The notes beneath the pieces are model-generated. The model had not been told where the DNA came from and did no database searches. It was given only the letters and a program-made list of their open reading frames with translations. A stretch of DNA of 63,990 nucleotides, the filler included, from an uncultured bacterium (GTDB lineage Bacteria; CAYSBA01), in the NCBI GenBank assembly GCA_964429075.1. It is 16 parts of 16 records of this genome, joined end to end, with 100 filler letters (N's around TTAATTAATTAA, not from the genome) between each part and the next. Parts side by side here need not be neighbours in the genome. Positions count along the whole stretch, not along the records: positions 41,287 to 45,164 come from CAYSBA010000179.1; positions 45,265 to 49,112 come from CAYSBA010000180.1; positions 49,213 to 53,032 come from CAYSBA010000181.1; 13 more parts are not named here. One strand, written 5' to 3'. Shown here piece by piece: positions 42,185-53,132 of the stretch (positions are counted from its first letter, which is position 1; every line of letters starts with the position of its first letter). The translations under genes were made by a program, and so were the position numbers.

Positions 42185-43702
42185 TCAATGAGTATGCCCA
42201 CCAGAGGGAGCCTTAAGACCCTTTTTCATCATCTTCATAGCTGCTTCCTTAAGCTGACTCTCTGAATCGAGCATAAATTGGCCTGACAGAACTATTCTCT
42301 CCCCCTCTTTAAGGCCAGATTTTACAATATATCCTTCATCAACCACCTCTTTGGAAAGTACTATCTTTCTCTTTTCAAACTGACCTTCGCCTATTTCCAC
42401 AAAGACATAGTCTGCCTTTCCAGTCCTCAAAACAGCCTCTCTTGGGACAAATAGTGCTCCCTTTTGAACAGGCGATTTAATTGTAACATTAGCATACATC
42501 CCTGGTTTTAGTTTTAGATCTTTATTCTTAAACTCCAATCTTACCCTGACTGTCCTTGTCTTATTCTCTAAATATTGATAGATATATACAACCTTACCCT
42601 TAAATACCTCAGATGGGAAATAGGGGAGCTTAAGATCTGCCTCAAGACCATTTTGTAACCAGGGCAACTGGTATTCATAAACACTTGCATATACCCATAC
42701 CCTTGAAAGGTCAGCTATTTCATAGAGCATTGTGCCCTTTTTAAAGTGCATACCCTCAAAGGCATTCTTTTTAATTATATATCCATAATATTTAGAACGG
42801 TATGGAATAATCCTCTTTATCTTTTTTCCCTCTTTTACCCTGTTGATAAATGAACCCGGGATGTCCCATAGTGAGAACCTTCTCTCAACTGCCTCTATGA
42901 GACTTTTTGAATTATTCCCTTTAAGGAGAGTTAAAAGTTCCTCTTCGGATGCCACTGCCTCAGGGCTGTAAAACTCAAAAAGCACCTCCCCCTTTCTCAC
43001 ATATCTACTCTCATAATCTGCAAATAACCTCTCAATCCACCCATTCAGTTTCATGTTAACATGATAAAGTCTTCTTTCATCATAATCGATTATTCCGACA
43101 ACATCTATATTGAGAGATACATCCTTACGCCTTATAACATCTGTCCTTATTCCCATATTTTGCTGAACAACGGGATTTATCTTTATCTTTTTTGGATCCA
43201 TCTCACCCTTTTTGAGTGGTACAAGGGTCATACCACAGATTGGGCACACCCCTGGCTTATCAGATATATAACTTGGATGCATAGGGCAGGTATAGAGCTG
43301 TTTGCCCTCCTTTGTTGCCTCCTTTTGAGATTGATACTTCATCTTGTTCATCTCTTTTGAATTGTTCTTTGAGCCCTTTTTAACTATGTCTTCCGGGACA
43401 AGCCACATACCACATTTAGGGCACTTCCCGGGTTTTTTAGATTTGACCTCAGGATGCATCCTGCAGGTGAAGGTCATACCATCGAGAATATCCTTTTCTA
43501 CAAGAGGTGTTCCATCAAGGGGGCATTTACCGGGTTTTGGTCTGATGATGCTCTCATCGCCCTTACATACATACATCTTTTGCTTCTTACGTCCCTTTGT
43601 GTCTCTTGTAAGAAATACTAAAAAAGATACAAAAAATAATACTGCAAACATTGCAAAGATCTTTTTACCCTTTAATCCTCTAAATCTTTGATCAATATTC
43701 AT
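42185..43702 (-). CDS. cusB: CusB-type RND periplasmic adaptor with N-terminal heavy-metal-binding repeats
   Basis: FTCRMHP..CPKCGM, YTCPMHP..CPICGM, LKPGMY, LDSESQL. Confidence 0.9.
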   Translation of the reverse strand: MNIDQRFRGLKGKKIFAMFAVLFFVSFLVFLTRDTKGRKKQKMYVCKGDESIIRPKPGKCPLDGTPLVEKDILDGMTFTCRMHPEVKSKKPGKCPKCGMWLVPEDIVKKGSKNNSKEMNKMKYQSQKEATKEGKQLYTCPMHPSYISDKPGVCPICGMTLVPLKKGEMDPKKIKINPVVQQNMGIRTDVIRRKDVSLNIDVVGIIDYDERRLYHVNMKLNGWIERLFADYESRYVRKGEVLFEFYSPEAVASEEELLTLLKGNNSKSLIEAVERRFSLWDIPGSFINRVKEGKKIKRIIPYRSKYYGYIIKKNAFEGMHFKKGTMLYEIADLSRVWVYASVYEYQLPWLQNGLEADLKLPYFPSEVFKGKVVYIYQYLENKTRTVRVRLEFKNKDLKLKPGMYANVTIKSPVQKGALFVPREAVLRTGKADYVFVEIGEGQFEKRKIVLSKEVVDEGYIVKSGLKEGERIVLSGQFMLDSESQLKEAAMKMMKKGLKAPSGGHTH

Positions 43703-43730
43703 TTGCTACTCCCTATTTTTTTGTTTTTTC

Positions 43731-45020
43731 TTATTTACCAAGACTCAAAAAGTCTTTATACCTTACAGCAGGTCCTCCTACAGCACCATCTATTCTGACC
43801 CTTGCCTTATAAGTCTTATAAACCACCTCGGCGTTTCGGATCTTGAGCTCCATATATACAATCAGGCTGTTGATAACATTTAAAAAGTCCACCTTACTCG
43901 ATTTGTATGATGAAAGTGCAGATTCATATGCAGAGTAGGCTGATGGAAGAAGTGTTTTTTCATACAAATCTTTTCTCTTTTTGTATTCCAAAAAATCTGT
44001 GACACCACTTTGAATCTCTCTTTTTATCTCAACCAAAATATCGTGTGAATTTTTTCTAAAAGAGCTGAGCAGTTTTGACATACGCTCTACTTTGACAGCC
44101 TGTTTGGTTTTATAATAAACAGGAAGGGTTAATGCCACATTGAGACTAAGAAAATCTGGATTTCTGCTCCGTTGGGTATATCTAATGCCAAAAGATACAT
44201 CCGGATAATACTCTTTTTTTGCCAGATCAAGCATCTTCTTTTGACGCTCAACCATCAAAACAGATGCCCGATAGGCAGGTCTTTTATTCATTGCAAATTC
44301 GAAAAGTCTGTCTGGATCTATCTCTTTTATCACAAGGATGTTATTAAGATCATCGACCTGTGGGACACTCTTTATATGTGAGAGGGTTAACCTCGATATA
44401 TCATAAAGGATGTCGTTTAACCTCCTTATATATTCTATTTTTCTGTCTTTCATCTTTGTGAGCCAGACCTTTGTCTTTTCCACATCCTGAAGCAGACCCT
44501 TGCCGGTCTTATATGCTGCCTCTGTCATCTTTAATAAATCCTTAAGGATCAAAATATTTTCATCAGTTATAGCTATCGCTTCATTGAGATAATTTGCATC
44601 AAGGACAAGGGATCTTACCTGTGTTACCAGACTGTTTAGCCTTTCAAGGACAAACTCCTTCAAAACAGATGCAGCAATCGTTTCAATCTCTCCTAAAAGC
44701 CCAAGCTTTCCTGCAGTAATAAAAAGCTGCGATATACCTAAGTATTCACCTGTCATTGGATTTGAAAAGGTGGGTGCGCTGAAAGGAAAATTGTTAAGAC
44801 CAAAATGTACCATTGGATCAGGTAGGGTGGAAACCTCTTTTGGCTTTAATGTGCCTGCGCGGTAGGCATCTATCAATGATTTGATTGAGGGGTTACTATT
44901 CAGAACAAGCCTATCTATATCTTCTATACCTTTTACTCTATTTTCCGTAGCGTACCCTGAGTTAGCTAAAAGACATATCAAAAACAAAAAAGTTGCAATT
45001 ATCTTATTTGACTTCAACAT
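43731..45020 (-). CDS. TolC-family outer membrane efflux protein (CusC-like)
   Basis: Signal peptide, LPDP, YYPD motifs. First gene of the CBA operon. Confidence 0.88.
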   Translation of the reverse strand: MLKSNKIIATFLFLICLLANSGYATENRVKGIEDIDRLVLNSNPSIKSLIDAYRAGTLKPKEVSTLPDPMVHFGLNNFPFSAPTFSNPMTGEYLGISQLFITAGKLGLLGEIETIAASVLKEFVLERLNSLVTQVRSLVLDANYLNEAIAITDENILILKDLLKMTEAAYKTGKGLLQDVEKTKVWLTKMKDRKIEYIRRLNDILYDISRLTLSHIKSVPQVDDLNNILVIKEIDPDRLFEFAMNKRPAYRASVLMVERQKKMLDLAKKEYYPDVSFGIRYTQRSRNPDFLSLNVALTLPVYYKTKQAVKVERMSKLLSSFRKNSHDILVEIKREIQSGVTDFLEYKKRKDLYEKTLLPSAYSAYESALSSYKSSKVDFLNVINSLIVYMELKIRNAEVVYKTYKARVRIDGAVGGPAVRYKDFLSLGK

Positions 45021-45264
45021 CTTTCTCCTTTCAACTGTTCGTTATTAAAAAGCAATCGTGATGCCAGAACTGATTTTTAAAAAATTTCAGAATGTTATAT
45101 ATTTTTGAATAAAACTTTATATAATTTTGGACACTTTTTGTTATTTTTTTGATAATATTCTACANNNNNNNNNNNNNNNNNNNNNNNNNNNNNNNNNNNN
45201 NNNNNNNNTTAATTAATTAANNNNNNNNNNNNNNNNNNNNNNNNNNNNNNNNNNNNNNNNNNNN

Positions 45265-45479
45265 GTATCAGGCCTCTATCTAAGATGCCATTTAATAGGG
45301 CATTTTTGCATCTCAAAAGATTGGAGACAACAAGTATATACCCATTTCGAGTATCTTCAAGATTACTTGTTGCATCCTGCAAAATGGCCTACTTTTCAGA
45401 TGACAGGATGTATCAGAGACTTGGGGCCGATTATATAAGACGTCTAAGATCTATAAGGAACTTAAGAGATGTTCATTGA
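45265..45479 (+). CDS. Hypothetical protein, 3' part (probable GMC partner subunit)
   Basis: Open from the contig edge and overlaps the GMC start. Confidence 0.5.
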
Positions 45480-46950
45480 TGGCTCAAGACTAAACAGAGA
45501 TGTTCAGTTAAAAGCCGATGTCTGCGTAATAGGATCTGGTGCTGGTGGTGCACCCCTTGCGTACCATCTGTCAAAGAAGGGATTTCGTGTTATAATGGTT
45601 GAAGAGGGTGATCTTTTTACAAATAAAGACCTCATTGATAAACCATCTTCGATATATCTCAAGGCCTATAGAGACAAAGGAGTAACTGCCACTGCAAACA
45701 AACCCAATATCATAATCCCTTTCGGAAAGACAGTAGGCGGCACAACCACAATAAACTCTGGTACATGCTTCAGGATCCCGCAGAAGGTGGTTGATAGCTG
45801 GAATCTGCCCATCGACAAAGAGGAACTCGATGAAGCATACATGGAGGTCGAAAAGGAGTTAAAGATTAAAGAGGCAGACTGGAATGTCCTCGGCAGGATA
45901 GCAGAAAAAATAAAAGAGGGTGCTGATAAACTTGGTTACAGTAACAGGCCCCTTAGGAGAAACGCAGATGGATGTATAGGTCTTGGTCTCTGTGTATATG
46001 GCTGTCCTGTTGGTGCAAAGACCTCAACGAGGGTGACATATATACCATGGGCTGTCAACGAGGGTATGGATCTATATTACAATACAAGGGCCATAAAGCT
46101 TTGGGCTGATACAGCAAAAATAAACAGTGTTGATGCTGTTACAGTATCTGGTATAAGATTAAACATAAGGGCAGATGTCTTTGTAGTCAGCTGCGGTGCA
46201 ATACTAACACCTGTCTTTTTATACCGATCTGGCCTTAGAAATCCTTTTCTGGGTAAAAACCTAACGATCCATCCTGCTGCAAAACTTGTGGCACTCTATG
46301 AAGAACAGATAAATGGATGGGATGGAATTCCACAGGGCTATTGTATTGACCACTTTGCTGATGAAGGTATAATGTTTGAGGGTGCCTTTTTGCCACCAGA
46401 CAATGGATCTGTTGGAGTTCCTGGTATTGGTACAGATTTTATGAGGATGATGGAAAATTATAATCATATCGCAACATTTGGTTTTATGATTTCCGATCCA
46501 CCATCCGGCAGGGTAATTCCGGGTCCCTTTGATAGCTATATAATTCTTTATAAGATGAAAAAAAGAGTAATAAGAAAGATAAAAAAGGCATGCGAGATAC
46601 TTGCAAAGGTATTTTTTGCATCTGGAGCAAGGGAGGTTTTACTACCAATATCTGGAGCTATTACTCTCTATCATCAGGATCAGGTCGATGTTTTAAAGTA
46701 TATGGATTTCAAGGCAGATGATCTGGAATTGATGGCCTTTCATCCACTTGGCACTTGCAGAATGGGTATAGATACAAAGAGTTCAGTAATAGATATTGAT
46801 ATGAGAGTCCATGACACTACAAATCTTTTTGTTGTTGATGGATCTATCTTTCCCTCTTCTCTTGGTGTGAATCCTCAACAAGCAATTATGGCCTTTTCAA
46901 AGATAGCGGCAAGAAGGATTGAGGGTCTGTTAAAGAGGGGCAGGATTTGA
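45469..46950 (+). CDS. GMC-family FAD oxidoreductase
   Basis: GSGAGG, GGTTTINSG, CxxxxxCxxGC, HPLGTCRMG, GVNP. Confidence 0.92.
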   Translation: MFIDGSRLNRDVQLKADVCVIGSGAGGAPLAYHLSKKGFRVIMVEEGDLFTNKDLIDKPSSIYLKAYRDKGVTATANKPNIIIPFGKTVGGTTTINSGTCFRIPQKVVDSWNLPIDKEELDEAYMEVEKELKIKEADWNVLGRIAEKIKEGADKLGYSNRPLRRNADGCIGLGLCVYGCPVGAKTSTRVTYIPWAVNEGMDLYYNTRAIKLWADTAKINSVDAVTVSGIRLNIRADVFVVSCGAILTPVFLYRSGLRNPFLGKNLTIHPAAKLVALYEEQINGWDGIPQGYCIDHFADEGIMFEGAFLPPDNGSVGVPGIGTDFMRMMENYNHIATFGFMISDPPSGRVIPGPFDSYIILYKMKKRVIRKIKKACEILAKVFFASGAREVLLPISGAITLYHQDQVDVLKYMDFKADDLELMAFHPLGTCRMGIDTKSSVIDIDMRVHDTTNLFVVDGSIFPSSLGVNPQQAIMAFSKIAARRIEGLLKRGRI

Positions 46951-47955
46951 GGGAGCTAAAGAGTAGAATTAAACTTGCGGGAGCATTATTTTTAATTATC
47001 CTTGTTTCTGGAACAGTAGGCTACTGGATAATTGCATACAGCTCAGGTAGAGAGACATCAATAGTAGACTGTCTGTATATGACAATAATTACCCTTACCA
47101 CCGTTGGTTATGGTGAGATTATTGATCTTAGCGGCATGCCCTGGGCAAGGATCTTTACGATGCTTTTGATTCTTGGTGGTATGGGGACAATAATGTATTT
47201 TGCCACCTCTATTACTGCTCTCTTTATAGAGAGTGACCTGCCCTATAAATTATGGAGGAATAGGATGAAGAAACAGGCGCTTAAGATGAGTAGTCATATA
47301 ATCGTTTGTGGTGCCGGTGAGACAGGGAAGAATGTAATTAAGGAGTTTGATCAGACCCGGCACCCTATGGTAGTGATTGATAGTGATATAGATAAATTGA
47401 ACTATATAAGGGATAAATATCAGGTACCGGTCATTCACGGAGATGCTACAGATGATGAGGTCCTTAAAGATGCAGGTGTTGAGTCAGCAAGAGGTATTGT
47501 TACAGCCCTTCCCTTAGACAAAGACAACCTCTTTGTAACCATTGCAGCAAAACAGTTAAATCCTAAAATTAAAGTTGTTGCAAAGGCATTAGATGAGAAG
47601 AATAAGGCAAAACTAAAAAAGGCTGGAGCAGATTATGTAGTCCTCCCTACAGTTATTGGCGGTATGAGGATGGCTTCAGAGATGATAAGACCACACGTTG
47701 TAACCTTTCTTGATCAAATGCTGAAAGGGCAAAAGGATATCTTAAGGGTTGAGGAGATTACTATAAAGGAGGACTCACCTTTTGTCGGTATGTCTATTAA
47801 ACAGTGTGATCTTAGAAAAAAGTACAACTTTCTTGTTGTAGCATTAAAAGAGGGTGTATCTGGAAGATATATCTNNNNNNNNNNATAAGATACTTGCTCC
47901 AGGGGATATTCTTATTGTAATTGGTGAATCAAGAAGGATAAGAGAATTAGCATAG
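46947..47955 (+). CDS. Potassium channel with TrkA-N/C (RCK) domains; spans a short N gap
   Basis: TTVGYGE filter, GAGETG, GDAT. Continues after the gap as ILAPGDILIVIG..RELA*. Confidence 0.9.
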
Positions 47956-47964
47956 GGGAGATCG

Positions 47965-49112
47965 ATGATTGCATCAGATTTATTTGTAAAATGTTTAGAG
48001 AAAGAGGGTGTTGATATTGTTTTTGGTGTCCCCGGTGAGGAGAACACCGATTTATTGATGTCCCTTTATAATTCTTCTATAAGATTTATAACCTGTCGTC
48101 ATGAGCAGGGTGCTGCATTTATGGCAGATATATATGGCAGACTCACAGGAAGACCCGGAGTATGTCTTTCAACCCTGGGTCCTGGTGCAACAAATCTTAT
48201 AACCGGGATTGCAAGTGCCAATCTTGATAAAAGTCCCCTTATTGCAATAACTGGCCAGACAAGTACCAACAGGATGCATAAGGAATCCCATCAGGCTATA
48301 GATCTAATTGCACTATTCAAACCGATAACAAAATGGTGTGCAACGATACATGAACCTTCTGAGATACCAGAAATCATTAAAAAGGCAGTAAGATTATCAC
48401 GGTCAGAAAAGCCAGGGGCCGTCCACATAGAGTTGCCAGAAAATGTTGCAAAGATGAAGGCTGATACAGAGCCTCTTAGATCAAAGGCATTGTTCAGAAG
48501 ACCTGCTCCAGACATGAAATCTGTAAAAGAGGCGGTAAGACTTATAAAACAGTCAGATTTGCCAATTATTCTTGCTGGTAATGGATGTGTCAGAACGAGG
48601 GTTACAGAACAGCTTCGTAGGTTTATATCAAAAACAGGTATATATGTAGTGAACACCTTTATGGCCAAGGGGGTACTTCCAGACGATAATCCACGTTGTC
48701 TCGGAACAGCAGGTCTTTCATTTGAAGATCATGTTACAAAGATATTCAGAGAAGCAGATCTTGTTATCTGTATCGGTTATGATATGGTAGAGTGGCATCC
48801 TGAGAGGTGGAATATTGGAAAAGAAAAAAGGATAATCCACATCGATTTTGAGCCTGCTGAGACAGACGAGCATTATGACACCGATGTTGAGATAGTAGCA
48901 GATATAGCAAATACCCTTGCTGAGATGATAAGATACTTTAAACCTGATCATAGAAGAGAATTTCCTTTATGCGAGAAAGAGAGATCGCATATAATCAGGG
49001 AGGTTGTTTCTATGGATGACAATCAGGCCTTTCCAATGAAACCCCAGCGTATACTCAGTGAACTGTCAAAGATACTGTCTGATGATGGGATATTGATCTG
49101 TGATGTTGGTGC
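47965..49112 (+). CDS. Acetolactate synthase large-subunit family ThDP enzyme (3' truncated)
   Basis: FGVPGEEN, RHEQGAAFMA, TLGPGATN, HKESHQ. Confidence 0.9.
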
Positions 49113-49212
49113 NNNNNNNNNNNNNNNNNNNNNNNNNNNNNNNNNNNNNNNNNNNNTTAATTAATTAANNNNNNNNNNNNNNNNNNNNNNNNNNNNNNNN
49201 NNNNNNNNNNNN

Positions 49213-50185
49213 TCATAACTTGCCCATCTTTTATACCTGCTGGTATTTTTATTTTTACTTCACCATATAAGGTATTTACCTTTATACTTCCTCCTAAAAC
49301 AGCTATGGAATACGGTATATATTCAGTAGTTTGTATATCAAACCCATCTCTAATAAAACGTGGGTCTTTTTTAACCTTAAACCTAACATATAAATCCCCA
49401 AACTCTCCCCCTCTAATGCCTGCTTCACCCTCGCCTCTGATTTTAATAGAATCATCATTATCTATACCAGCAGGTATCTTTATTTTTATTTTTCTCTTCT
49501 CTGTAACTCTACCTTCTCCATGGCATTTTTTACAATACCTCTCCGGTTTTTCTCCTGTACCTTCACAAGTAGGGCACACAGAAATATGGGAAAATGTCCC
49601 AAAAAAACTTTTCTGGGTCTGATGTAATCTTCCTTGCCCACCGCATTGAGGACAAGTGATAATTTTACTGCCCTTAGCAACTCCTGATCCTCCGCACTCA
49701 CTGCACACATCTGGTTTTTTTACCTCTACTACTTTCTCTCCTCCAAATACTGCCTCCTTAAAATCTATCTCCATTATAAGCTCTAAATCCTTTCCTTTTA
49801 CTTTTCTATCAGCTTTTGTTCTTGTCTGGGAAAATCCTCCTCCAAAGAAATCTGAAAATATATCTGAAAACCCACCAAAATGTGCTTCTTTACTCCCCGC
49901 AAATCCACTGAAAACATCTCCAAAATTTCTCACAAAATCTTCCCATGACATGTGGGAATAACTGGCGCCTGCACCATCAAAAGTATGGCCAAACTGATCG
50001 TATTGAGCACGCTTCTTTTCATCAGACAATACCTGATATGCTTCATTTATTTCCTTAAATCTCTCTTCATCACCACCTTCTTTATCTGGATGATATTTGT
50101 GAGCAAGTCTACGAAAAGCCTTTTTTATCTCTTCCTGACTTGCTCCCCTGTCAACTCCCAGTATTTTATAATAATCTTTTGCCAT
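49213..50185 (-). CDS. dnaJ: Chaperone DnaJ (3' truncated)
   Basis: J-domain HPD, G/F-rich region, four CxxCxGxG repeats. Confidence 0.96.
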
Positions 50186-50201
50186 ACTGTATCAGATTTA
50201 A

Positions 50202-50504
50202 TTATTTATCAGGTGTAAATCCTATATTCCCATGATCATCATACTCTACAGCACCATAGTTGCTCTCATATTTAGAGAGATTTTCCTGCAAAGCGGCTAT
50301 GATCCTCTTTAAACTGGAAGGAGAGAGTATAACTCGCGCATTAACTGTGCCTGAATTCTGATGGGGGATAAAATTAATAAAATCAAGCACAAACTCATCC
50401 CTGCTATGACCTACTTGCATAGCATTGGCATATACCCCTTTGACCACATCATCCGGGACTTTGATAGAAATTGTTATTTTTTTATGGTTATTTTGATTAG
50501 GCAT
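50202..50504 (-). CDS. DUF3467-family protein
   Basis: GVYAN, HSRDEFVLDF, ARVILSP, YESNYG. Confidence 0.82.
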   Translation of the reverse strand: MPNQNNHKKITISIKVPDDVVKGVYANAMQVGHSRDEFVLDFINFIPHQNSGTVNARVILSPSSLKRIIAALQENLSKYESNYGAVEYDDHGNIGFTPDK

Positions 50505-50530
50505 ATGATTAAATTAACACAATTAATCAA

Positions 50531-50665
50531 CCCAATTACTCTAATTGCCAATTAACTAATCCATTCTCAAGCGCCAAATCATCATACCCAAACCTTAAAC
50601 CATGATATATCTTTTTACCTTATTGAATTACTAGAAAATTAGTTAGGGTAATTAGTGTAATTAGG
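50531..50665. repeat. Imperfect inverted repeat built from about 9-nt AATT-containing units
   Basis: Left arm CCCAATTACTCTAATTGCCAATTAACTAAT (50531-50560) versus right arm ATTAGTTAGGGTAATTAGTGTAATTAGG (50638-50665). Confidence 0.7.
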
Positions 50666-50725
50666 AACTTTAATTGGTTTAAATATCTAAAACTGTTTTA
50701 AATAACTTGATAATTTACTACCAAA

Positions 50726-52681
50726 TTATTCTTTCTTATTTTCATTATCTTCTTGATCTTTTACTTCTTCGGCTTCCACTGCATCTTCTTTTCCTCCATC
50801 ACTCTTATTTTTATCTCCATTGACTGAAGAAGTATCTGTAGAATTTCCAGATTGTGATTGAGTAGAAGATTGATCTGCCTGTGAGTATACATATTGACCT
50901 ATTTTCTGAGCGGCTTCTGACAGTTTCTTGGTTTTTTCCTCTATTTGAGAAAGATCGTCTTTATCCTTTACTTCCTTAAGATCAGAAATAGCCTGTTCTA
51001 CTTCCTTTCTAATATCTTCAGGAATTTTGTCTTTATTGTCTTTTAAAGATTTTTCAGTCTGATAGATAAGAGAATCAGCGATATTGCGTGCTTCTATGAG
51101 TAATCTCTTTTTCTTATCTTCTTCAGCGTGAGCTTCTGCTTCTTTTTTCATCCTTTCTATTTCTTCCTGCGAAAGACCTGTTGATCCTTCTATTTTTATA
51201 GATTGTTGTTTACCTGTAGCTTTATCCTTGGCTGTAACACTCAGGATACCATTTGCATCTATATCAAAGGTGACTTCTATCTGAGGGACTCCTCTTGGTG
51301 CAGGAGGAATACCATCAAGGATAAACCTGCCCAAAGTTTTATTATCTGCTGCCATCGGTCTTTCACCTTGTAAAACATGTATCTCAACAGATGTCTGATT
51401 ATCAGCGGCAGTTGAAAAAATCTGAGATTTAGAAGTTGGTATGGTAGTATTTCTCTCTATTAATGGTGTCATCACACCTCCTAAAGTCTCTATACCTAAA
51501 GTAAGTGGAGTTACATCAAGTAAAAGTACATCTTTAACATCTCCTTGGAGGACACCTGCCTGAACAGCAGCACCCACAGCTACCACCTCATCAGGATTAA
51601 CTGACATATTTGGTTTTCTGCCAAAATATTCCTCCACCTTTTTCTGGACCAAAGGCATTCTAGTCATGCCGCCCACCAAAATAACTTCCTCTATATCCTT
51701 TACCTCAAGCCCTGCATCAGACAAAGCCTGTTTAACTGACTCAAAAGTTTTATCTACTAAATCTGAAGTAAGCTCTTCAAGTTTGGATCTTGTAAGTTTT
51801 AAATTAAGATGTTGGGGGTTGCCAGATGAATCAACCGTAATAAACGGCTGATTTATCTCAGTCTCTTGCGCAGTAGACAATTCTATCTTGGCTTTTTCTG
51901 CTGCCTCTTTCACTCTCTGCATAGCAAGAGCATCTTTTGATAAATCTATTCCTGTATCTTTTTTAAATTCTTCTATAATCCAATCTATTATTCTTCGGTC
52001 AAAATCATCTCCCCCCAAAAAGGTGTCTCCTGAAGTTGATTTAACTTCTACTGTATCTTCTGATACCTCCAAAATAGATACATCAAAAGTACCACCTCCA
52101 AGATCGTAAACAGCTATTTTTTCTCCCTTCTTTTTTTCAAATCCGTATGCAAGAGCTGCTGCAGTAGGCTCGTTTATAATCCTGCGTACTTTAAGCCCTG
52201 CTATCTCACCAGCCTCTTTGGTTGCTTTTCTTTGAGAATCATCAAAATAAGCGGGTACTGTGATGACAGCTTCCTCTATTTTTTCACCCAGTTTTGCCTC
52301 TGCATCAAGTTTAAGTTTTTGTAAAATCATAGCTGATATCTCCTGAGGTGTATACTCCTTATCATGCATCACTACCTTGACACCACCATCATCAGCTTTT
52401 ACTATCTTATATGGTAAAACTTTTATAGCATGCTGGACTTCATCGTCCTCAAATCTTCTTCCTATGAGCCTTTTGACAGAAAAAATCGTGTTTTCAGGAT
52501 TAGTTACTATCTGTCTTTTGGCAAGCTGACCTACAAGCCTCTCTCCGTTTTTAGAAACTGCAACCACTGATGGTGTTGTACGAGATCCTTCTTGGTTCTC
52601 CAAAACTTTTGGCTGTCCTCCTTCAATAACAGCCATAACTGAGTTGGTTGTTCCTAAATCAATACCTAAAATTTTCCCCAT
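50726..52681 (-). CDS. dnaK: Chaperone DnaK
   Basis: [37 protein letters not shown]. Confidence 0.98.
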   Translation of the reverse strand: MGKILGIDLGTTNSVMAVIEGGQPKVLENQEGSRTTPSVVAVSKNGERLVGQLAKRQIVTNPENTIFSVKRLIGRRFEDDEVQHAIKVLPYKIVKADDGGVKVVMHDKEYTPQEISAMILQKLKLDAEAKLGEKIEEAVITVPAYFDDSQRKATKEAGEIAGLKVRRIINEPTAAALAYGFEKKKGEKIAVYDLGGGTFDVSILEVSEDTVEVKSTSGDTFLGGDDFDRRIIDWIIEEFKKDTGIDLSKDALAMQRVKEAAEKAKIELSTAQETEINQPFITVDSSGNPQHLNLKLTRSKLEELTSDLVDKTFESVKQALSDAGLEVKDIEEVILVGGMTRMPLVQKKVEEYFGRKPNMSVNPDEVVAVGAAVQAGVLQGDVKDVLLLDVTPLTLGIETLGGVMTPLIERNTTIPTSKSQIFSTAADNQTSVEIHVLQGERPMAADNKTLGRFILDGIPPAPRGVPQIEVTFDIDANGILSVTAKDKATGKQQSIKIEGSTGLSQEEIERMKKEAEAHAEEDKKKRLLIEARNIADSLIYQTEKSLKDNKDKIPEDIRKEVEQAISDLKEVKDKDDLSQIEEKTKKLSEAAQKIGQYVYSQADQSSTQSQSGNSTDTSSVNGDKNKSDGGKEDAVEAEEVKDQEDNENKKE

Positions 52682-52730
52682 ATACACTTCTTTTCGTCCT
52701 TCACAAAGGGACGAATTAACTTATAAAATA

Positions 52731-53032
52731 CTAATTTCTAAAATTATTATCTTCCATCATTTTCTTGAGCCATAACTTATCGTTTTCCATATCTTTATAC
52801 AGATCCAATACATTATCATATGATACTGTACCATTCTTTAAAAACTCCAAAACCTCGTTCTCGTCAAGTTCAACCAACATCCCTTTAGCTATATGACCGA
52901 AAGGTGTTTCTGATACAGATGCTATAAACGAAGATCCGCAAACTTGACAGGAAAAAAACGATAGCACACCTCCCTTTATTTCTTTCAAAATCCTGATATT
53001 GGACAAATCATATCTATTACTGCATATAGGAC
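52731..53032 (-). CDS. Small Zn-ribbon-like hypothetical protein (5' truncated)
   Basis: The frame extends to the contig edge: (C)PIC..CQVC..TVSYDNVLDLY. Resembles a family I associate with Patescibacteria. Confidence 0.6.
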
Positions 53033-53132
53033 NNNNNNNNNNNNNNNNNNNNNNNNNNNNNNNNNNNNNNNNNNNNTTAATTAATTAANNNNNNNNNNNN
53101 NNNNNNNNNNNNNNNNNNNNNNNNNNNNNNNN

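Noticed and set aside
47875-47955. Apparent truncation of the potassium channel gene
   Set aside because: Caused by a 10-N scaffold gap. The TrkA-C sequence resumes after it and ends at 47955.
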